From NCBI GenBank assembly GCA_902528705.1, contig CABZTM010000002.1, positions 1,892 through 65,891 on the forward strand: 64,000 bases of DNA, read 5' to 3'. Position numbers and translations under genes: made by a program. This DNA comes from an uncultured Bacteroidota bacterium (GTDB lineage: Bacteria; Bacteroidota; Bacteroidia; Flavobacteriales; Flavobacteriaceae). Shown piece after piece: positions 5,987-13,158 of the stretch (position 1 is the stretch's first letter; every line of letters begins with the position of its first letter). Under the pieces are notes generated by a model, which was not told the origin of the DNA, searched no databases, and saw only the letters and a list, made by a program, of their open reading frames with translations.

Positions 5987-8122
5987 ATGAAGAATTTAAT
6001 TTTAACGGTATTTGTATTTTCAAATGCTATTTTTTCACAAGAAAATACAACCGATACCATTTTTGTAAATAAACAGAATTTAGATGAGGTAGTTGTTACT
6101 GCGATTCGGGCATCTTCAAATACCCCTGTGCCATTTAAGTTATTGGACGCAAATGATATTTCACGTGTCAATTTAGGTCAAGATATTCCTGTGATTTTAA
6201 GTATGACGCCCTCAGTAAATATTACATCAGATGCAGGAAACGGGATAGGATATACTGGCATGAGTATACGTGGTTCGGATGGATCAAGAATTAATGTTAC
6301 AATAAACGGAGTCCCCCTAAATGATTCCGAATCTCATGGGACATATTGGGTTGATCTGCCAGATTTTGCTAGTAGTATTTCTAGTATTCAAATTCAGCGA
6401 GGGGTAGGCACATCAACCAATGGGGCTGGGGCCTTTGGTGGTAGTATTAATATTTCTACTCAAAAACAATCACAGGCTCCTAAATTTAAATTATCAAATT
6501 CTTTTGGTAGTTATGGAACACTAAAAAATTCATTAAGTTTTACAACTGGAACTGTGGGTAATTATTTTGAACTGAGTGGTAATTTATCAAAAATATATTC
6601 CGATGGATATATCGACAGGGCATCCTCAAACTTAAAAGGATATTTCTTACAAGGTTCATATGATTATGATAAAACTAATATCAAACTGATTGCATTTGGT
6701 GGTCATGAAAGAACGTATCAAGCATGGTATGGACTTGACCCAGAAACTCTAAATACCAATAGAAAATTCAATTATGCAGGAATGTATTATAATGCTGATG
6801 GTGAAGAAATATTCTATGATAAACAAGAAGATAATTATAAACAAGACCATTATCAGCTAATTTTTAATCATCAAATGAATTCTTATTGGAGAGCGAATTT
6901 AACGTTTCATTACACTCACGGGAGAGGTTATTATGAGGAATATTCTGAGGACCAAAATTTATCAGATTATCTAATTAATGATAATGGTGGTCAAGCCATT
7001 TCAGATCTAATTAGAAGAAAGTGGTTGGATAATGATTTTTACGGCTCACTCTTTAATTTTATTTATGATATAAACTCAATAAAATTAATTTTAGGAGGAA
7101 CCCTAAATAAATACTACGGTGATCACTATGGTGAAGTTATATGGGCAAGAAATGCAGGTAACTCAGAAATTAGACATCGATACTATGATAATTATGGAAA
7201 CAAGGAGGAGTTTAACTTATTTTCAAAACTTGAATACACTTTCAATGATAAACTTTACACTTTTCTTGATCTTCAGAACAGAAATATAAATTATGACGCT
7301 ATATTAATTGGAGGAGATAACGTCAATAAAAGTTTTAATTTTTTTAATCCTAAAGCTGGTATTTATTATAAGCTTAATACTAGTAATGAATTTTATTTCT
7401 CATTTGCCAGAGCACATCGAGAACCGACCAGAACAGACTATGAAAATGGAAACCCCTATCCTGAAATGCTGGATGATTTTGAGTTAGGATGGAAATACAA
7501 AGGCAAAAAATCTATATATAATATCAATTTATATTTTATGGATTATAATGATCAATTAGTTTTAACGGGTGAGAGAGATGATGTTGGATACTATATCAGA
7601 GCAAATGTTGGAGAAAGCTATAGAGCAGGGATTGAGTTCGATGGTGTTTTCTATGTCGATGATTATTTTACAATTAAACCAAATATTACATTCAGTTCGA
7701 ACAAAAACAATGACTATCTAACTCAATTTGATGGTAGTTTACAAAATTTTGGAAAAACAGACATATCTTTTTCACCAAACTTAATTTTTGGTAATTCTAT
7801 TGAATTTAAAATGAACGATAAAACACTTTTATTTTTTAATACAAAGTATGTTGGAAAACAATATATGTCAAATACAAATGTTGAGTCATCAGTTCTTGCT
7901 TCATATTTGGTTAATGATTTTGGTATAAATCATAGTTTTTCTATGCCAGGATTTTCGGATGATTCTGAATTAAAACTTTTGATCAATAATTTATTTAATC
8001 AAAAATATGAAAGCTATGGAGGGCATTATTTTTATGATATAGATAATAAGACATACTCAGGGGCATATTTTTATCCAATGGCTGAGATTAACTTCCTGAT
8101 TGGTCTTGATTTTAATTTTTAA
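5987..8122 (+). CDS. TonB-dependent outer-membrane receptor, thiamine or thiamine-precursor uptake inferred from the riboswitch
   Basis: Starts with MKNLILTVFVFSNAIFSQ. Plug motifs are LDEVVVTAIRA, SIRGSDGSRINVTINGVPLND and IQIQRGVGTSTNGAGAFGGSINI. The C-terminus ends ...GLDFNF. I prefer ATG 5987, because the GTG at 5951 in the track overlaps the riboswitch. Confidence 0.88.
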   Translation: MKNLILTVFVFSNAIFSQENTTDTIFVNKQNLDEVVVTAIRASSNTPVPFKLLDANDISRVNLGQDIPVILSMTPSVNITSDAGNGIGYTGMSIRGSDGSRINVTINGVPLNDSESHGTYWVDLPDFASSISSIQIQRGVGTSTNGAGAFGGSINISTQKQSQAPKFKLSNSFGSYGTLKNSLSFTTGTVGNYFELSGNLSKIYSDGYIDRASSNLKGYFLQGSYDYDKTNIKLIAFGGHERTYQAWYGLDPETLNTNRKFNYAGMYYNADGEEIFYDKQEDNYKQDHYQLIFNHQMNSYWRANLTFHYTHGRGYYEEYSEDQNLSDYLINDNGGQAISDLIRRKWLDNDFYGSLFNFIYDINSIKLILGGTLNKYYGDHYGEVIWARNAGNSEIRHRYYDNYGNKEEFNLFSKLEYTFNDKLYTFLDLQNRNINYDAILIGGDNVNKSFNFFNPKAGIYYKLNTSNEFYFSFARAHREPTRTDYENGNPYPEMLDDFELGWKYKGKKSIYNINLYFMDYNDQLVLTGERDDVGYYIRANVGESYRAGIEFDGVFYVDDYFTIKPNITFSSNKNNDYLTQFDGSLQNFGKTDISFSPNLIFGNSIEFKMNDKTLLFFNTKYVGKQYMSNTNVESSVLASYLVNDFGINHSFSMPGFSDDSELKLLINNLFNQKYESYGGHYFYDIDNKTYSGAYFYPMAEINFLIGLDFNF

Positions 8123-8547
8123 TTATAAACTCTTAGTGAAGATCCAACTCTCTCTGTTCTGTACCTGACAAGAGGATATTTATTATTCTGATTAATATTA
8201 TTCAACAGTTGTCCTGTAGCCAAACTATAGAGGTTTTGGGTACATTCGCAATAAAGCTGAACACCAGAGATATTTAATTTTGGGCAGGATGAATTTACAG
8301 CGTGATTTGGGGGACATTGTTCCCATGCTAAAATATCACCATTAAAATTAAAAAGTACTATTCCACACACACCAACCCCAATAAGTTCAACTGAGCCACT
8401 GGAAAATTTAATATTATCATACAATGGTAAATCTAAATTAATTGTCTTATCAAATTTTAAATTTGGAATATAAGGGTTGTAATTGACGTTAGAGCTTTCG
8501 CAAGCACACAATAAAACAATTAAAAGTAAGGCAAGTCTCATTATCAA
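8119..8547 (-). CDS. lipoprotein with a degenerate Rieske-like Cys/His pattern
   Basis: Lipobox LLCAC-E. The segments AWEQCPPNH...SCP...LYCECTQNLYSLATGQ...LVRYRTERVGSSLRVYN are laid out like a Rieske domain (CPH...CPxH...TG...), but the histidines of the second motif are missing. It overlaps the convergent receptor gene by 4 nt. Confidence 0.45.
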   Translation of the reverse strand: MIMRLALLLIVLLCACESSNVNYNPYIPNLKFDKTINLDLPLYDNIKFSSGSVELIGVGVCGIVLFNFNGDILAWEQCPPNHAVNSSCPKLNISGVQLYCECTQNLYSLATGQLLNNINQNNKYPLVRYRTERVGSSLRVYN

Positions 8548-8594
8548 TATTCAAATTTAAATAAAAGAAGATTAAAATTTGTATATTAGTTAGT

Positions 8595-8618
8595 CCTCTG
8601 TAAAAGAGGTTTTTTTTT
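8595..8618 (+). terminator. weak terminator-like hairpin plus T9 run in the greA leader
   Basis: CCTCT (8595-8599), loop GTAAA, AGAGG (8605-8609), then nine T (8610-8618). It ends 5 nt before the greA ATG. The stem is only 5 bp. Confidence 0.3.
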
Positions 8619-8623
8619 AGTGT

Positions 8624-9097
8624 ATGAAGATTAATTATTATACGAAAGGCGGATTAAACAAGTTAAGACTAGAGCTTAATCAGTTGAAAGATGTAGAACG
8701 ACCAAAAGCTTCGAAAGCAATTGCAGAAGCTAGAGATAAAGGAGATTTAAGTGAAAATGCTGAGTATGATGCCGCAAAAGAAGCGCAAGGATTATTGGAG
8801 CTTAAAATTTCAAAATTGGAAGAAACACTTTCAAATGCTAGACTCATTGATGAATCTCAACTTGATTCCTCAAAAGTTCTTGTTTTGTCTAAAGTAAAAA
8901 TTAAAAATCAGGCTAATCAGGCTACATTAGAATATACTTTAGTTGCTGAGAGTGAAGCAAACTTAAGGGATGGTAAAATATCTGTAAACTCACCTATAGG
9001 TCAAGGTCTTTTGGGGAAGTCAGTAGGAGATGTTGCCAAGATAAAAGTCCCAAATGGAACAATTAACTTTGAAATTTTGTCAATAACGAGATCATAA
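8624..9097 (+). CDS. greA: transcription elongation factor GreA
   Basis: YTKGGLNKLRLELNQL...RPKASKAIAEARDKGDLSENAEYDAAKEAQ is the GreA coiled-coil signature. The protein is 157 aa. Confidence 0.93.
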   Translation: MKINYYTKGGLNKLRLELNQLKDVERPKASKAIAEARDKGDLSENAEYDAAKEAQGLLELKISKLEETLSNARLIDESQLDSSKVLVLSKVKIKNQANQATLEYTLVAESEANLRDGKISVNSPIGQGLLGKSVGDVAKIKVPNGTINFEILSITRS

Positions 9098-9098
9098 T

Positions 9099-9491
9099 TT
9101 GTCGTCTATTTTTACAAAAATAATAAGTGGGGAACTACCAAGTTACAGAATTGATGAGACAGATGATTGTTTTGCATTTTTGGATATTAACCCAAATCAA
9201 AAAGGCCATACCTTATGTGTTTTAAAAAAAGAAATTGATTATATATTTGATTTAGAATCTGATGATTATCAAAAACTTATGAATTTTTCCAGAAAAATTG
9301 CTTTAGCATTAAAAAAATCAATTAATTGTAAAAGAATTGCACTCTCCATCATTGGTCTTGAAGTTCCTCACGTACACGTTCACTTAATCCCAATAGAATC
9401 AATGAGTGACATGAATTTCAGTAAGAAAATAAATTTAAGTGATAATGAGTTCAAATCAATAGTAAAAAAAATTAAATCAAATTTAAAATGA
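9099..9491 (+). CDS. HIT (histidine triad) family protein
   Basis: TTG start. IFTKIISGELPSY... and the histidine triad VPHVHVHLIP are present. Confidence 0.9.
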   Translation: MSSIFTKIISGELPSYRIDETDDCFAFLDINPNQKGHTLCVLKKEIDYIFDLESDDYQKLMNFSRKIALALKKSINCKRIALSIIGLEVPHVHVHLIPIESMSDMNFSKKINLSDNEFKSIVKKIKSNLK

Positions 9492-9853
9492 ATATTTCAG
9501 GAATAATAAAGCTAATAAGTGAAACAAAGGAGTATGGTTCCAACGGTTTTAAAAAAAGAGAACTTGTTATAACCACACAAGAACAATATCCTCAAAATAT
9601 TATGGTTGAATTTATCCAAGATCGATGTGAAATTCTCGATTCATTCTCAGTTGGAGATTTTGTTAAAATCGATATTAATTTGAGAGGAAGAGAGTGGGTA
9701 AATAAGGATGGTGAAACAAAATATTTTAATTCAATTCAAGGTTGGAGAATTGAAAAGACTCAAAATCAAATAGATAGTAATCTTCCCCCAATTCCTGAGG
9801 ATATTGACATTAAATCTGACGATTCATCGGATTCTGATGACTTGCCATTTTAA
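9488..9853 (+). CDS. DUF3127-like OB-fold protein with an acidic SSB-like C-terminal tip
   Basis: GFKKRELVITTQEQYPQNIMVEFIQDRCEILDSF..GDFVKIDINLRGREW...YFNSIQGWRIEK matches my recollection of the Bacteroidota DUF3127 family. A disordered tail ends SDDSSDSDDLPF. Confidence 0.6.
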   Translation: MNISGIIKLISETKEYGSNGFKKRELVITTQEQYPQNIMVEFIQDRCEILDSFSVGDFVKIDINLRGREWVNKDGETKYFNSIQGWRIEKTQNQIDSNLPPIPEDIDIKSDDSSDSDDLPF

Positions 9854-9855
9854 CT

Positions 9856-10491
9856 ATGTATGAGCTAGGAAATGATTATAAATTCCCTTCCCCAAAATTG
9901 GCAACAAATGAAGGTATTGTTGCACTCGGTGGAGACCTAAACCCTCTAAGAATATTAGAAGCCTATAAAAATGGTATTTTCCCATGGTTTAATGATGATG
10001 AAAATTTAATTTGGTGGAGTCCAGATCCAAGAATGGTACTTTATCCTGAAAAAATCAAGCTTTCAAAAAGCTTTAGATCCTTTTTAAAAAAAAAAGAGTA
10101 CCGTGTTAGTTTCAATGAAAATTTTGAAAGTGTTATTGAATCGTGTTCAAATATTAAAAGAGTTGGTCAAAAAGGTACTTGGATTACAAGTGGACTAAAA
10201 AAATCTTTTATCAAACTTCATGAAATGGGACATGCCCATTCGGTCGAAGTATGGCATCAAAACGTAATTATTGGTGGGCTGTATGGCTTAGATTTAGGTA
10301 ATATTTTTTGTGGTGAAAGTATGTTTTCCACAAAACCAAATGCAAGTAAAGTTGCTTTGTATTTTTTGTGCAAAGAACTTAAGTCAAATTATTATAAGTT
10401 TATTGACTGCCAAGTTCCATCAGAGCATTTAAGGAGTCTCGGTGCTGAGGAAATTTCAAGAAATAGTTTTCTAGAAAAATTAGTTAATTAG
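9856..10491 (+). CDS. aat: leucyl/phenylalanyl-tRNA--protein transferase
   Basis: FPSPKLATNEGIVALGGDLNPLRILEAYKNGIFPW...WWSPDPRMVL...HSVEVW...LIGGLYG...FCGESMFS are typical Aat motifs. Confidence 0.9.
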   Translation: MYELGNDYKFPSPKLATNEGIVALGGDLNPLRILEAYKNGIFPWFNDDENLIWWSPDPRMVLYPEKIKLSKSFRSFLKKKEYRVSFNENFESVIESCSNIKRVGQKGTWITSGLKKSFIKLHEMGHAHSVEVWHQNVIIGGLYGLDLGNIFCGESMFSTKPNASKVALYFLCKELKSNYYKFIDCQVPSEHLRSLGAEEISRNSFLEKLVN

Positions 10492-11176
10492 AGCATTTAA
10501 ATTCATTAATACTAATTGATTTATTAATGTTGTAATCTCCAATTGAAAACCTTTCTAGGTGTTTTACAAATGCCCCTGTGTTAAGATTTTTTCCAAAGTC
10601 GTTGGCAATTGTTCTTATATAGGTCCCTTTTGAACAAGTAATTTTGAAATCAATTTCAGGAAAATTATTTTTCAATATGCAGAATTCAAAAACATTAATT
10701 TTTCTTTTTTTTATGGCACTAATTTTCACTCCTTTTCTTGCAAGATGATACAATTTGTTTCCTTTTTGTTTGATTGCTGAGTAAATAGGAGGCTCCTGAA
10801 CCAACTCACCCTTAAACATATTGATTGTCTGTAAAATGTGATCATTATTTATATGCTCAGTTCCATAAACTTGGTCAATATCTGTTTCAAGATCAAAAGA
10901 AGGTGTTGTGGCACCAAAATAAAATGTGGTGTAGTAAGTTTTTTTTAATGCTTGAAGTTTCTCAATCTCTTTTGTTTTTTTTCCTGTACAAATCAGTAGT
11001 AGCCCTGTTGCTAAAGGATCTAGTGTACCTGCGTGACCGACCTTAATTTTTTTTAATCTATATTTTTTTTTCATAAAAAATCTTATGGTTTTTACAACAT
11101 CAAATGATGACCAAAATAAAGGCTTGTAAACGGGAAGAATTAATCCTTCTTCAATTTTTTTTTTATCTATTAACAT
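10484..11176 (-). CDS. truB: tRNA pseudouridine(55) synthase TruB
   Basis: KIKVGHAGTLDPLATGLLLICTGKKTK contains the catalytic Asp motif (HxGTLDPxAxG). The protein is 230 aa. Confidence 0.93.
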   Translation of the reverse strand: MLIDKKKIEEGLILPVYKPLFWSSFDVVKTIRFFMKKKYRLKKIKVGHAGTLDPLATGLLLICTGKKTKEIEKLQALKKTYYTTFYFGATTPSFDLETDIDQVYGTEHINNDHILQTINMFKGELVQEPPIYSAIKQKGNKLYHLARKGVKISAIKKRKINVFEFCILKNNFPEIDFKITCSKGTYIRTIANDFGKNLNTGAFVKHLERFSIGDYNINKSISINEFKCSN

Positions 11177-11965
11177 TTATAAATTAAAAAAAATACAAAT
11201 TAGACCTACTGTTAGACAATAAATAGAAAAATATTTTAACTTACTTTTTTTCACTATAACAATCATCCATTTACAAGCAAAAATTCCAGAGATGAACGCA
11301 CTTATAAATCCAAAAAAATAAGAACTAAGAATTTCTTGATTAAAAATTATTTCATCAAAAATCATGATTTTTAAAAATGAACCAAATATCAAAGGTAAAA
11401 CCATTATAAATGAAAATTTAGCTGCTAATTCTCTATTGATTCCCAATATAACAGAGGAGCATATGGTTAATCCACTTCTGGAAATTCCAGGTAGTATTGC
11501 TAATGCTTGAGATAGGCCTACAAGGAAAGATTTTGGATAATTAAATTTATTTGTTGTGTTTGTTTTGAAATCGGATATAAATAAAATTATTGATGTAAAT
11601 ATCAACATTGATCCTACAAAAACTAAGTTACCATCAAAAAAGTTTGATATTTTTTCCTCAAAAAGGAAACCAACAATCCCAGCTGGTATTATTGAAATTA
11701 TAATGAGTTTTAAAAAATGTGAATCTTCATCTTTTTTTAAATTAATTGTACTTATCAGGATTTTTTTTAAGTCTTTCCAAAATACTACAATAACACTGAA
11801 GCTTGTAGCTAAATGAACTACTAAAGTGAAAAGGATATTATTACTCAAACCAGTTTCATAATCTAAAAGGACTTTAAATATTTCAAGATGTCCACTTGAT
11901 GAAATTGGGAGGAACTCAGTCAGACCCTGAACTAAACCTAATAAAATTGACTTTAAAATCTCCAC
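11177..11965 (-). CDS. uppP: undecaprenyl-diphosphate phosphatase
   Basis: GTG start. LGLVQGLTEFLPISSSGHL and ILPGISRSGLTI are the two BacA/UppP signature motifs. Confidence 0.93.
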   Translation of the reverse strand: MEILKSILLGLVQGLTEFLPISSSGHLEIFKVLLDYETGLSNNILFTLVVHLATSFSVIVVFWKDLKKILISTINLKKDEDSHFLKLIIISIIPAGIVGFLFEEKISNFFDGNLVFVGSMLIFTSIILFISDFKTNTTNKFNYPKSFLVGLSQALAILPGISRSGLTICSSVILGINRELAAKFSFIMVLPLIFGSFLKIMIFDEIIFNQEILSSYFFGFISAFISGIFACKWMIVIVKKSKLKYFSIYCLTVGLICIFFNL

Positions 11966-12199
11966 TTACTTAGGGTTTTTCATAATTGCATATACTTCAA
12001 TTATAAACCCAAATACAACTAGAATTGGCGCAACTCTAATTCTTCTAAAATTATAAATTTCGTCACTAAAAATATTTGGATCATCAGATCCTCCACCAGA
12101 CATTAAAAAAAATCCAAGGGTTATAAATATTAAGCCTAAAAGCATTAATTGGTAATTTTTTTTTCCAAAAACCATTTTTCTTTTTTCCTTTTTCATCAA
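11966..12199 (-). CDS. small two-helix membrane protein (DUF3098-like)
   Basis: 77 aa with two hydrophobic helices. It sits between ftsX and uppP, as I recall for other Flavobacteriia. Confidence 0.55.
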   Translation of the reverse strand: MMKKEKRKMVFGKKNYQLMLLGLIFITLGFFLMSGGGSDDPNIFSDEIYNFRRIRVAPILVVFGFIIEVYAIMKNPK

Positions 12200-13059
12200 T
12201 ATAGTTTGTCAATTTTTGAATTTAAAAACCTATTAGTTATTAATGTTGTCGAAATGAAAGATATTAATAAGCTAAATAATAAAGATGCAGAAAATGAAAT
12301 AATTAATGAATTTCCGATTTGATAGATATTAATTTCAAAAATATTATTTGAAAAGTAGTATAAAATCAAGAGAATGATTAAACTTGATATTATAGACGCT
12401 ACAATTACAAAAACTATTTGATTTTTGATTACAGGCCACATAATAAAACTTTTTTTTGCCCCAACTAATTGCATTGTTTTGATATTGAGTCTGTTTGAGT
12501 AGAGTGAGAGTCGTATGGTATTATTTATTAATATAAGTGATATTACCATAAATAAGCAACCAAGAATAATTGTAATTCTTTTAAGCTTTTCAAAATTAGA
12601 GTTGATTAAAAAAATTAATGGTGCATCATAAGTTACCTCACTTATAAAATCTTCACTCTTTAGTTGCTTAACTATTTCATCTATATTGAATGAGTTGATG
12701 TGCTCTGAATAGAAAAAAATATCAAATGAGTCCAGTAGTGGATTATAACCTAAAAATTCCAAAAAATCCTCTCCTATGTCTTTACTTAAATTTTCTGCAG
12801 CTACATCATTTGTAATAAAATCAAATGACTTTACTTTCTCATTAATTTTTAATTTTTTTTCAAATTGAGTAAACTCTATTGTTGTGATATTTTCTTTTAA
12901 AAAAACTACTATTGGAATTCTTTCCTTTAAATCATTGATAATTTTTTCAGAATTTAGGATTATAACAAGGAATGATGATAAAAAAAATATCACAACAGTG
13001 GTACTAAGTATAACTAATAGATAGTTAGAGAAGATTTTGCTATTTGAGTTTTTTTTCAA
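12196..13059 (-). CDS. ftsX: cell division protein FtsX-like permease
   Basis: N-terminal TM segment, a large periplasmic loop, then three C-terminal TM segments with QLVGAKKSFI (FtsX motif MxLVGAT/K). No ftsE is adjacent. Confidence 0.8.
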   Translation of the reverse strand: MKKNSNSKIFSNYLLVILSTTVVIFFLSSFLVIILNSEKIINDLKERIPIVVFLKENITTIEFTQFEKKLKINEKVKSFDFITNDVAAENLSKDIGEDFLEFLGYNPLLDSFDIFFYSEHINSFNIDEIVKQLKSEDFISEVTYDAPLIFLINSNFEKLKRITIILGCLFMVISLILINNTIRLSLYSNRLNIKTMQLVGAKKSFIMWPVIKNQIVFVIVASIISSLIILLILYYFSNNIFEINIYQIGNSLIISFSASLLFSLLISFISTTLITNRFLNSKIDKLY

Positions 13060-13158
13060 TTGATTTTTTTATAAAATTAATAAAGGTTTGTCATTTAAGT
13101 TCAATTATAACTTTTTTGTTATCAAACAATAGTATTATTTTTATCATATTATTATCGA

